Shown here in pieces: positions 9,436-20,029 of a stretch of 21,357 nucleotides of DNA (position 1 is its first letter; each line of letters opens with the position of its first letter). Where the stretch lies: positions 1-21,357 of the forward strand of contig NW_021824424.1 of assembly GCF_006345805.1 (NCBI RefSeq). Reading direction: 5' to 3'. The DNA comes from Octopus sinensis. Taxonomy: Eukaryota. The position numbers and the translations under genes were made by a program. The notes beneath the pieces were generated by a model. The model was not told where the DNA came from. It did no database searches and saw only the letters and a program-made list of their open reading frames with translations.

Positions 9436-9686
9436 TTTGTGAAAGGTAGGAGAGTCCAGTTTGCTGGACATTGTTGTAGAGCTGAAAAAGAAGTAATTTC
9501 TACTCTTCTCTGGAAGCCATCTACTCGCAATACCAGAGGGCGCACACTCTCCTACCCTGATGTAATCTCCAGGGATACAGGCATCCAGCAACAGGACCTC
9601 CGTAATGCCATAATAGACCGTGAAGTCTGGCGTAGCATGGTAAATTCCATTGTCTCGACCACGGTCGAACAATGATGAATGATGAT
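9436..9686 (+). mobile_element. RTE-clade LINE 3' end (5'-truncated) inserted in the mariner
   Basis: Uninterrupted ORF 9439-9675, KGRRVQFAGHCCRAEKEVISTLLWKP...GRTLSYPDVISRDTG...DREVWRSMV, typical of the RTE ORF C-terminus. It is followed by a (TGA)n tail, and the mariner frame resumes after it. Confidence 0.85.
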
Positions 9687-10172
9687 GACTGATGGGCGCA
9701 TCCACCATAAATTCTTAAAACCCGGAAAAACCATTACTGCAGAATATATTGCGCTGAAATTGCCTAAATGAACGAAAAACTGCTACTCTTCTGTCCCAGA
9801 CAGGTCAGAAAAAGAAGGCCAATCATTTTTCTTGGCAATGCTCCACCACACTTTTCCCTAGTGACGCTCTAGAAGTTGAGGGAACCTGGTTACGAAGTTC
9901 TTCCCCGCCCAGCTTATTCCCTACAACTTTCTCCTATCGACTATCACTCCAAGAAACCTCATGGTTTCGTGCGTGAGAAGGGGTTACAAAGTCAAACCAA
10001 TGCTGAATGTGCGTTCAAAGAGTTCATCAGCTTAGAAGTCCAGAGGTTTATGTTACCGGAATAGACACACTTGTAAGTCGTTGGCAAGAGTCTGTTGACT
10101 GTAATATGGTACGTAATTTGATGAATAAAATGTCCGCGTAGTTGAAATATATTGTGATGAATTTGCTCTTCC

Positions 10173-10203
10173 AAAACGTTACTTACTTTTATTCAGCTTG
10201 ATA
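10173..10203 (+). repeat. Mariner right terminal inverted repeat plus TA target dinucleotide
   Basis: AAAACGTTACTTACTTTTATTCAGCTTGA|TA lies shortly downstream of the transposase end and has mariner-like TIR structure. No matching left TIR was found in the window. Confidence 0.65.
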
Positions 10204-10216
10204 TGAACGTACACTT

Positions 10217-10225
10217 TGCTCTCTC

Positions 10226-10276
<51 letters not shown>

Positions 10277-10323
10277 TTTCTCTTTCTCACTCTGTCTGTC
10301 TGTCTGTATGTCTAACTCTCTCC

Positions 10324-10372
<49 letters not shown>

Positions 10373-10510
10373 TATACATATGTATACATCCATACATATA
10401 TTTATATATATACGTATACAAACATACACACATGCACACATATATATATATATATACATATGCATGATGTATGTCTGTATGTGCACTGGTTTAGGCGCAT
10501 ATGTATGTGC
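10217..10510. repeat. (TC)n/(TCTG)/(TA)/(CA) compound microsatellite
   Basis: Directly visible. Confidence 0.92.
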
Positions 10511-11369
10511 ATGTATGTATCTGTTAAGCAATTTGTACATTATCATTCCTTGTTTCATAGAAATACATCACATATCTATCTCCATTTGCATATATAAATA
10601 TAAATATTTGCATGAACCTATATGACATGTTTGAACAATTTCTCCACACAGACACCTATTAAGTAAAGAAAAAACGTGAGCATCTTCCTGCGTGTAATTA
10701 TACGTATTCTCACTTAGGCGTATGTGTGTATTAATTTGCAAGTCTATGCGAACGAATTTGAATAAGATCATACGTGTACGCACAAGTGTTGAAACATGCG
10801 TGCGTTGAGTAGGTTTACGACTACTAAAATATTAATGTTTCTAAATTATCATGTATCTATTCTACAAATTCTATAGGTTTCTCTCTTTCTATGCAATCAT
10901 ACGGCGATTATACAGTGATTATTGCACAAGTCTCATTCTCCCCATATCTAAATTAGGTTGGTTTTTTTTTTTCATATCTAAAGCATAACTATACATTATA
11001 AAATATTATGACTTTTACACATTTCGAATCAGTTATTAAATAATTTTTAGCAACTTTTAAACAAAATATAACTTTTTACTATTTATAAACAGCATTCTGG
11101 TATCTTTTAAAATACTTATATAAACTATATCTAAAATGTAAGATTTATGTATAGTTTAGTTAAATTTTGCATATATTTTCTAATTACTCTATGTAACTCT
11201 GTTGTATATAGTTAGGGGATTTATTTAGTGACTTGATTAAATAATTATTTTTAATGATTAAAATACCTTAAGAAGACGTCATTATGTTTTGCTTTCACAA
11301 GCATCTAAATCTTCGTATCTTACGAACTGATAAATAAGTAATTACTGAAGATTATTTATTCCAATACAC

Positions 11370-11447
<78 letters not shown>

Positions 11448-11513
11448 ACATACTTATATATATATATATATACATATATATCTTTATATATATATATATA
11501 CATATATATACAT

Positions 11514-11551
<38 letters not shown>

Positions 11552-11608
11552 CACTATATATATTATACCCACACACACACACACATATATATATATACAC
11601 CCACACAT

Positions 11609-11639
<31 letters not shown>

Positions 11640-11642
11640 CAT

Positions 11643-11676
<34 letters not shown>

Positions 11677-11881
11677 ATATATATATATGGGGGGGTGCAA
11701 ATCTTAAACATAATTTTGCGCAAAAACGTTATACATCTATTTATCTATTTACTTACATGCATATATGTATATATACATATATGTGTGTGTGTCTGTATGC
11801 GTTGTCTCAGTGTGCATACATTTACACGCACGCACACACGCACACACAAACATATAATCTATTATATATATATAATATATA

Positions 11882-11912
<31 letters not shown>

Positions 11913-11915
11913 CTA
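11370..11915. repeat. (TA)n/(CA)n compound microsatellite
   Basis: Directly visible. Confidence 0.95.
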
Positions 11916-12239
11916 ATCTTTGTTTCTATATTGACGCTGCTGCAATAAACAAGCTTTCATTAAATTGAAGGATTATTCAATGGTTTACTTTTTGCTGAGC
12001 AAAAGTTATACATTAACAAGAACTATATTCAAAGTCTCCGACGTTTCAGACAGTTTTGCCATTATGGGATCACCAGATGATGGCTTTGCACGGAACAAGG
12101 GGCCATGAAATTTCTGCTGTAATTGCAAATTAAGTGAGAGTACGGTAATCATATTTTTCTTTCTCAAATATGTTATAGGTGCCAAAATATATTGTAAATT
12201 TTACAAAATACCCGGAGAATACCGAGCAGCTCTGGCAGT

Positions 12240-12620
12240 TTATACTTTTACAAACATAAATTCAAAAATATGTATATGGTATAGGAGCAATCAGCTTCTG
12301 GTTAGAAAAATATCCAGTAGAGATCTCAGGACGTATCAACCACGTAATCGCAACACTCAAATTCATCCTCCTGAACAACTATTTCACGTTCGATACAGTT
12401 TACTGTCGACAAAAATGTGGAATTGCAATGGGATCCCGAGCTGCTCTAGTGATTGCGAATTTTCTAAAGAGCTACCTAGAACTTAAAATATACCAATCAT
12501 CACTAGAAAAATATGGCACCTCATTTCATTGCTATTAAAAGGAGACCTGGAAGAGGTATTTGGACGATTGGTTTATACTTTCGAAAGACAGCATGGGCAA
12601 ACTCCTAGATTTCAAAATAA
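12240..12620 (+). mobile_element. Penelope-like retroelement reverse transcriptase fragment (pseudogene)
   Basis: Frame from 12260 reads YGIGAISFWLEKYP..LKFILLNNYFTFDTVYCRQKCGIAMGSRAALVIANF..LE..KYG...*KETWKRYLDDWFI. NYF.F, G.AMG, AN.F and WxRY(L/I)DD are Penelope RT motifs. YLDD is at 12557-12568, with one in-frame TAA at 12536 and a TNI motif upstream in a shifted frame. Confidence 0.88.
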
Positions 12621-12679
12621 TGCTTCCTTTTTTGTGTATTTTCGCATTTTTTTCTTCTGTAACATATTTCTATTGTTAT

Positions 12680-12685
12680 ATTATA

Positions 12686-12742
<57 letters not shown>

Positions 12743-12906
12743 AGAAAGTCGTCTTTCAATGTCCGAATACCACATCTGCTGGCAAGCGTTTGGTCGATCC
12801 GGAGATATGGTGGAAGACATTTGCTTAACGCAGAATACAGGAAGACTGAAACCGTATCCATCCGCTCATTAGGAATTTTTCTTACCACACTGCTACGCCT
12901 GAGCCT
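12680..12906 (-). mobile_element. Diverged octopus SINE family A 5' half with (TA)n
   Basis: CAAGCGTTTGGTCGATCCGGAGATATGGTGGAAGACATTTGC..GACTGAAACCG..CTTACCACACTGCTACGCCTGAGCC aligns with 8918-9031 and the recalled SINE head. (TA)n at 12688-12740 corresponds to the internal microsatellite. Confidence 0.7.
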
Positions 12907-13039
12907 ACCTAATAAAAATGTCACAGATGAATGTTGGTCAAAATAGCAGATAAATACATCAGAAAGTGCGTCGTGCCTTGATAGAAAAGGGAAAAGCTCT
13001 AGATAATATAATTCGAACGATCAACGAATAAATACGGCG

Positions 13040-13110
13040 GTTGTTATGCGGGACAAATGCCTTTCATTAGACATCTGCTTCATATTGGTCATTCCTGGGG
13101 CTAAACAAAA
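13040..13110 (+). repeat. Short dispersed repeat fragment (copy 2, inverted relative to 8551-8602)
   Basis: TCCTGGGGCTAAACAAA at 13093-13109, preceded by AATGCCTTTCATTAGACATCTGCTTC, which is loosely similar to copy 1. Confidence 0.55.
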
Positions 13111-13304
13111 ATACCTGCGACAGCAAGAACAAGTACAATACCAGCAGCCTCACGGTAATGGCATCAACAAAAGGGAAGAAAATATTTATTTACACTTTGT
13201 ATTGATTTAAATAAAAATCCATTATCTGGATAATATGATTTCCAAGTGAAATACATGCCTAGAAGGATTTTCCTAGCAGAATTATATTTTTTTAGAATGT
13301 CATA

Positions 13305-13307
13305 AGC

Positions 13308-13349
<42 letters not shown>

Positions 13350-13465
13350 CGACGGCGATGATGATGAGTACGACGATAAAGTCGAGGGTGATGCTGTTAA
13401 TGAATTGGTGGTTAATAATATTAATAATAATAATAATAATAATAATAGTAATAATAATAATAATA

Positions 13466-13530
<65 letters not shown>

Positions 13531-13546
13531 GATGATAATGATGATG

Positions 13547-13581
<35 letters not shown>

Positions 13582-13740
13582 TATCATTATTATTATTATT
13601 ATTATTATTATATGAAGATAATAATAGTAGTAATTATAATAATGATAATAATATCATTATTGTTATTATTTTTCTTATTATTTTTATTATTATCAGTATT
13701 AGTTGTATCCTCAACATTATTAAGTGTATTATTATGAAAA
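13305..13740. repeat. (GAT)n then (AAT)n then (ATT)n trinucleotide array
   Basis: Directly visible, with a polarity switch at 13580/13581. Confidence 0.95.
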
Positions 13741-14295
13741 TAATGATTGCAAGCATATAAGTTATAAATAACGTTGTAAAAATAAAGTGTTCATTATTAA
13801 TAAAATAAAAATTGCTTCATTTTAATGAGAAATGATAATATAATGGTTTTATAATGCTAAAAATTATTTAAACATCGAAACGACAAAAATCAAAACCAAA
13901 AATTGATACAAAAAAATATCAAATTATTAAAACGTATTTATTAAATATTAATTTAAATTGTAATCTTGAATTTAATAACAGGAATTCTTATTACCTGGAA
14001 ATTGGAAGTCTAGGTGATACGAGAATAAATAAATTATGCTTTGTTTTAATTGTACACATCGTAATGACTTTGCATATTTGTAAAATTGTCTTGTAATGTA
14101 ATATAGATAATCAGATATTATGTAAAACCTCCGAGGTTATACTAAAAGATAGGGTATTTTGTTACCGGGTAAGGAAAATATGTTGTCCCACACTTGTGTT
14201 CTGTATGAACACGAAACACAATGATTATTGAATGTGTAGAATTCATTCACCCCATACATACATATGAGTAACTCACTTTCAACCAATCTATCTAT

Positions 14296-15240
14296 CTTGG
14301 ACCGCTACTGTTTCTTGTGGTTCTCTCAGATATGCCCTCTGTCGTACAGTCAGCCATTCTCACCAGCTATACCGACAGTACAAAATTAACTCCGGTGGTA
14401 AATGACCCTTATGACATAGTAAACTGTAAAATGACCTGCATGCAATATATAAAATGGTCCTTGACAATAACACGTAGTACAATGCTGATAAGATTCAAGC
14501 AAACTGTTATTGTCCCACGGACAGCCCTCAGTCGGAATACATAGGACCAGGGGCAGTGCAATTCCAGTGTTAGAATCGAAGCGTGATCTGGGGATCCACA
14601 TGAGTAGTGATGCAACATTCCACCTGAGGCAACCTAGCGCCACTACACAAAGAAGATGGATTGGGTGAAACAGATGAACTACTAAGAGAGTTTACAAGAT
14701 CTGAAGCGCTACTCCCTGAAGGTAAAGAGTCACAGCTTATACAGTGATACACATATAGAAGCTCCTGGAACCTCTAGCTCCCAACTGTGCAAATAGAAGC
14801 TCTACCAACCACCAAAATGAACAGCACTGTATAATACAAAAGATAACGACTTCTGCATCAAAGATAACGACCGAGTATTCTTTTCTCCTCTAGGCAAAGG
14901 CCTGAAATTGGGGGAGGAGGCCTGTCGATTAGATCAACCCCAGTACTCAACTGGTACTAAATTTATCGACCACGAAAGGATAAAAGTCAACCTCGGAGGA
15001 ATACGAACTCAGAACACAAAGACAGACGAAATACCGCTAAGATTTTCTGCCAGCTCGTCGCCTTCGTAAGGTCCCAGTATTGAAATAGCTTGCGTTTCAG
15101 GGGACCACAACTGTTTAACAACCTGCCAAGGACTCTAAGAGATTTTGCAAGGTGTAAATGTGGTAGTGTTAAAAAAAGCACCTAGACAAATTTCTGTCTG
15201 AAATGCAATATGTGTCCACATCACGGCAGGAGACCCAGCC
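14296..15240 (+). mobile_element. CR1-type LINE ORF2 3' fragment (RT and C-terminus), decayed, with an internal deletion and a SINE insertion
   Basis: Translates as LGPLLFLVVLSDMPS..LTSYTDSTK (YADD changed to YTDS at 14368-14379), RDLGIHMSSDATFH, RHYTKKM..NY*ESL, HCII, then after the SINE NSLRFRGPQLFNNLP..LRD and TSRQETQ (15218-15238). The segment expected between FH and RHYTKK (ending in a LDYCS-type motif) is missing near 14630. Confidence 0.88.
14876..15065 (-). mobile_element. Near full-length octopus tRNA-derived SINE (family B) with degenerate 15-bp TSD
   Basis: The minus strand begins AAGGCGACGAGCTGGCAGAA and has a B-box-like GAGTTCGTATTCC. It aligns to the copy at 18862-19040. The flanks TAACGACCGAGTATT (14865-14879) and TAAGGTCCCAGTATT (15067-15081) match at 12 of 15 positions. 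Confidence 0.85.
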
Positions 15241-15279
15241 TCTAGCTGAAACCCAGCGGGTTGTAGAGGAATATAAGAA

Positions 15280-15639
15280 TATCTATATGTATATACAAAT
15301 ATCTATGTCTGTCTATCTATCTACGTAAGTATATCCATCTCTATGTATCTATCAATCTATCTCTGTCTATGTCTATCTATCCGTCTATCTATTTATCTAT
15401 TTATTCATGTATATGTATATATATATCTATGTCTATCTATCTATCTGTCTCTATATTTATATATATATATATATATATATGTACATACACATTTATATAT
15501 ATGTATGCATAACATATATGTAAAAATATATACAATATATATATATGTATATTAATATATAATATATATTATATTTATACATATATATATTATATGTATA
15601 TGTATTATATATATTATATATATATTATACATATATGTA

Positions 15640-15679
<40 letters not shown>

Positions 15680-15770
15680 AATATATATACAATATATATA
15701 TATATATATATGCATATATGCACATTTATATAGCTGTGTGCATGTATGTGTGTGTGTGTGCGTGTGTGTA
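15280..15770. repeat. (TATC)/(TA)/(TG) compound microsatellite
   Basis: Directly visible. Confidence 0.93.
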
Positions 15771-16064
15771 AAGGTGTGGTTAGGCGTAAATAATTTTCCA
15801 AGCAATGTGAATAATGAATGAAATCTAAGAAATATTTTCCTGCGTCTTTATTTCTTTTTCCTTTGCCCTTCCCATTCATTATGTGTAGATATTTCCTTCA
15901 TTGCTACAGACAATATCACTCCTGAAAATAGCTTCCCTTGAATACGAAGAGCTTAATACGCATGCACAGACTAGCGTCCCTAAGTGTAGATTCATACCAA
16001 TAGATGCATACACACACATACATACTCATGCGTGTTCAGTTGCCTGTGTTTTGCCTTATGTGTA

Positions 16065-16108
16065 TATATAATATATATAATATATATATAAATTATATAT
16101 ATATATAT

Positions 16109-16173
<65 letters not shown>

Positions 16174-16391
16174 TATATATATTAGATATATATATATATA
16201 ATATATATATAATATATATATACAGAAAAAGAGGCCCAAAACAATTTACATATATGCAAATTCATGTTTGCAAATGTGTGTATATATTATGTCATGCATA
16301 TATGTGAATTTACAGAATCACATGCACACATACTCACGTGCACACACAAAGGTGTATATGCGTATACGCAGACACACCTATGTATACAAAA

Positions 16392-16468
<77 letters not shown>

Positions 16469-16806
16469 GTACGGATTTGTAGATATGGTGGCATGAATTT
16501 ATACAGTAATGTATGCGTCGTAGTGTATGTAGCATGCATGTGTATATCCTATTATGCATTGCATGAAATAAAGAAGCGCTAAAAAATCCCAAGTGACATC
16601 GCATTCTTTCGTGGCTTTCTTTATTTATTATGGAACAAGAGAGGTACGTACAGATAAAAATGTTTATATATATATACATGTATATATATATATGTATATA
16701 TGTATACATATAAATATATATATATATATATATATATTTGTGTTGTGTGTGTATGTATATATGATATATATATATATATATATATATAATAACACCATAT
16801 ATATAA

Positions 16807-16864
<58 letters not shown>

Positions 16865-16932
16865 AATATGTATACACATTCATGTATGAATATGTATATA
16901 TATATTTATATATATGTAATATTGTATATTCA

Positions 16933-16971
<39 letters not shown>

Positions 16972-17045
16972 TGTGTGTGTGTATATATATACATATGTAT
17001 AAATAAACATATATATATATGTATATGTATATATATACATATGTA
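16065..17045. repeat. Several (TA)n-dominated microsatellite blocks with short unique spacers
   Basis: Blocks at about 16065-16225, 16395-16465 and 16660-17045. Confidence 0.9.
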
Positions 17046-17589
17046 ATTCAGCTTTTCGAAACTTATTATGGCTGCGTTTGATTCGCTGCAACTGAAATGC
17101 AAGTGGAAGAAATGTAAAAGATGTAAAGAAACCGAACGAAAAAGAAAGAAAAGATAAGAAAAAAAAACAACACACGGAAAATACAACCAAAAAATAAATA
17201 CAAACTAACATTTCTTACAGAACTCCATATTCTCTGATGATTTCTTCTGTATAATATCAGGGTCTATATTTATCTGTAGATTATAGTCGTAATGAGAATT
17301 TTCTGAAGGAAACCTCTGTGGTTAATTGCTAGTTCTGTTCTCAGATCATGTATTAGACTCCCTCAAATAACAGTGAGTCGTCGACGGCAGCGGTTTCACA
17401 CTTCCTCACTAAATGATACAAACTATCTCACTAAAACGAAGCGAGATTATCTTAAAGGCGACGAGCGTGCGCAATTTGCGGTGAATCTAACCACGTTTAA
17501 TACATATGTATGAAAAAATAACAAACGTTACGAATATCTTTCGTTGATATCATAATTTTAGCAATCGTTGATAGCTTTGCCTTCTTTTT

Positions 17590-17594
<5 letters not shown>

Positions 17595-17628
<34 letters not shown>
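17595..17628. repeat. (TC)n microsatellite
   Basis: Directly visible. Confidence 0.9.
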
Positions 17629-17632
<4 letters not shown>

Positions 17633-18214
17633 ACTAAGATCGATCAGTAATAGGCATCATACATTCAATGCAATTGATGCCAACTCCAACATTAATTCCA
17701 CGTTTTATAGATACACATGAATATCTTTAAAACACGTTGCCTAATTGTACAACGAAACACGAGGAATGGAAAAAAAAGACTCCTCGCATATTCAACGGAG
17801 TGATATAAGTTATTTGAATAATATGGGACTGTAAATATAAGCAATATTTTGAGGACATTATTTTCTTGAAATATCTACATTTTATTTAGTATTTGAACAC
17901 GTATTAATTCCTATAAAATTTTGCAAATAGTTCTAGAGTTCTGTTTAAAAATGTTAAACACGCATTAGTGAATTTTAGCAATATTGCACTTAACTAAATT
18001 TCGTTATTTCATTTGAACAAAAGTTGGAATTTCATAATGTAAACGGTTAGATATTCATTAAAACGGTACTATAAAAAAAATATCTATTCTTTTCACGTGT
18101 TTTTATAATTCTCTACATTAATTTATAGACATAACTATTACACGAATTTTATTAAAATTTTATTAAAAATCGTGTATTTCATTGCGCAAATACGTTAGTT
18201 TCTGTGTTGCGTAG

Positions 18215-18272
18215 ACCCCAAAACACTAGCGATTATTATTGACTTAATGCACGGAATAGCAAACAGCACTAA
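18215..18272 (+). CDS. Candidate phase 1-2 coding exon, 58 nt (PKTLAIIIDLMHGIANST)
   Basis: Acceptor gtttctgtgttgcgtag|A and donor TAA|GTAATG. Only the phase-1 frame is open, and it contains an N-S-T sequon. Confidence 0.3.
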
Positions 18273-18861
18273 GTAATGAAATGCATCATCTACCCAGGAA
18301 TTTCGTCTGGGTAATATATTCCTATTAATTCACTGCATCAATATCTACAATAAGCATAAGGACCATGTTTTTCCCTAAACTGCAGAGAAAGGATTTTTTC
18401 TTTATGATTATAGCACATGATCAGTTCTATTTTGTTATTTAAATAAACACCAGCAATGGTTAGGTTTTATGTCGTATTCATCAGACTTCTGTATTGATAT
18501 TCCTTAGAATATAGAATTGACGTATTGGTGGTACCGCTCTCTTTCCTCTTTAACAACGACCCTAAATTGTCTGCAAAATAATCCATAAGGCTGTAGAGGA
18601 AACGCAATTTATTATTCGCATTATTACCCTTGCTAGAGGAACGAGAAAAAATCCCATTCAGTATTTGTCTCAGAGTTTGTTTTTTTTTTTATTTTATTTC
18701 TAGAAATGTTTTGTTTCTTCTTTTTTTACCGAATTTGTTTGTTGCAAGAAAAGCTTTTCATTGTTGTTAACAATCAAGAAGGACATTTTATTCTGCGCAG
18801 GGTTAAGTAACGTCGTAAATAGCTCACCTTCCTTTGTTTTATTTCCATTTTGCGAAGCATA

Positions 18862-19040
18862 GATGGTGCGAAATGGCAGAATCACGCCTGCACTGGATAA
18901 CATGCGTAGTAGCATCCTATCCGTCTTTATGTCTGAGTTCAAATTCTGCCGTAGTCAACGGTGCATTTAATCTTTTCGGGGTAGAGGAAATAAGTCACAA
19001 TTGAAAACTCATGTTTTATTCAATCAACCAGCTCCATCTA
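18862..19040 (+). mobile_element. Diverged octopus tRNA-derived SINE (family B)
   Basis: A-box-like TGGCAGAATC, B-box GTTCAAATTC (18937-18946) and CTTTTCGGGGT..AAATAAGT. Homologous, in inverted orientation, to 14876-15065. Confidence 0.75.
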
Positions 19041-19449
19041 GCGTGACATCGACACCAAGTTATTTCAATATAATCACTAAGTTTGGGCGGATAATGATGC
19101 CCGTATCGATATTGAAATATCTCCTAACTACACGTGCATTTCAAGGTAAACGATATATGCATATGTGTGAGGTGTGAGATTTTAGACACACACACATGCA
19201 TATATACATATATAACTACGAAACCAATATCTCTATGAAAATGCTTTCAATGCTCTGACGACTATTCTCTAGAAGACAATATTTTGCAAATACGAAACGA
19301 GATGTATAAAATATCAGTACATTTCCATGGCCGTGATCTGTTTATATACATATATATACTCTGTCTTTTCGTTGTTTGAAAAAGACCGTTTCCATGTATT
19401 AGTTTTTATGTTTTCGTTTCTCGTTGTGTTCTACGTTTTTGTTTTGGTG

Positions 19450-19996
19450 TCCTGTACCCATATATACATGTATATATACATATAGATGTAGGTATGTAGG
19501 TAGATATATGTATCTATGTATGCATATATTTAATTTATTAATTTGTTATTATATATATATATATATACATAACTATGTATCTATGTATGTATACATAAAT
19601 ATATTTGTATGTATATATGTATGTACGTGTGTATGTATGTATATATGTTATATATTATATATATACTCTACATATGTTCGCCTGAAGATAGCAACAGTTT
19701 ACAACTACACTAGTCGCTAGACATTGTCGATTTCAGTTTTCATAAATAAGAAAAACAGTAACAGTAATACTAATAATATATGCACATGCGTGTATAGCTG
19801 TGCATATAGGTGTTTTCTACTAGATGTCTGTAGCATATGATCAAATTATATATATGAGACATAAATTATATATATTTATGCACATCCATACATCTGTCTC
19901 TGCTTCTGTCGCTTTCCCTCTCTCTCCACCTTTCTTTCTTTCTATCTTGCTTTCTTTCTTTTTCCTTTCTCTCTCTCTCTCTTTATATTATAAATA

Positions 19997-20029
<33 letters not shown>

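Larger units (their letters stand above)
9028..10203 (+). mobile_element. Decayed mariner (DD34D) DNA transposon, 5'-truncated, transposase pseudogene
   Basis: Translates with stops and frameshifts as WFK*FRSGNLSVED, TQRELAKELQVSQ, T*EERWIMY (first D changed to E), PKPEL, IHHKFLKPGKTITAE, LGNAPPH (second D changed to G at 9834) and YSLQLSPIDYH (third D at 9939). The second and third sites are 35 codons apart, which is D34D spacing. Confidence 0.93.

Noticed and set aside
9346-9734. - strand ORFs 9346-9708 and 9552-9734
   Set aside because: Antisense shadows of the RTE and mariner sequence.
12529-12946. ORFs 12529-12828 and 12560-12946 as genes
   Set aside because: Chimeric read-through of the Penelope RT end, (TA)n and an antisense SINE.
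8551-13109. A 4.5-kb composite DNA transposon bounded by 17-bp TIRs
   Set aside because: There is no target-site duplication, and the interior is unrelated debris. Two independent copies of a short repeat explain it better.
13300-13737. Poly-I, poly-M and poly-N ORFs
   Set aside because: Translations of GAT, AAT and ATT repeats.
2500-17240. Other CTGATGA occurrences (for example 3270, 3711, 5828, 6337, 13308, 17234) as hammerhead cores
   Set aside because: They are part of GAT repeats or lack a downstream stem II and GAAA.
7292-18307. Exact 13-mer CAGGAATTTCGTC at 7292-7304 and 18295-18307
   Set aside because: A few 13-mer matches are expected by chance in 21 kb, and the similarity does not extend.
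18700-18942. - strand 80-aa ORF
   Set aside because: Its first third is antisense SINE sequence, it contains an internal donor-like AAG|GTGAGC, and no homology was recognised.
18862-18950. tRNA gene
   Set aside because: The A- and B-box-like motifs belong to a tRNA-derived SINE head, and no cloverleaf can be formed.
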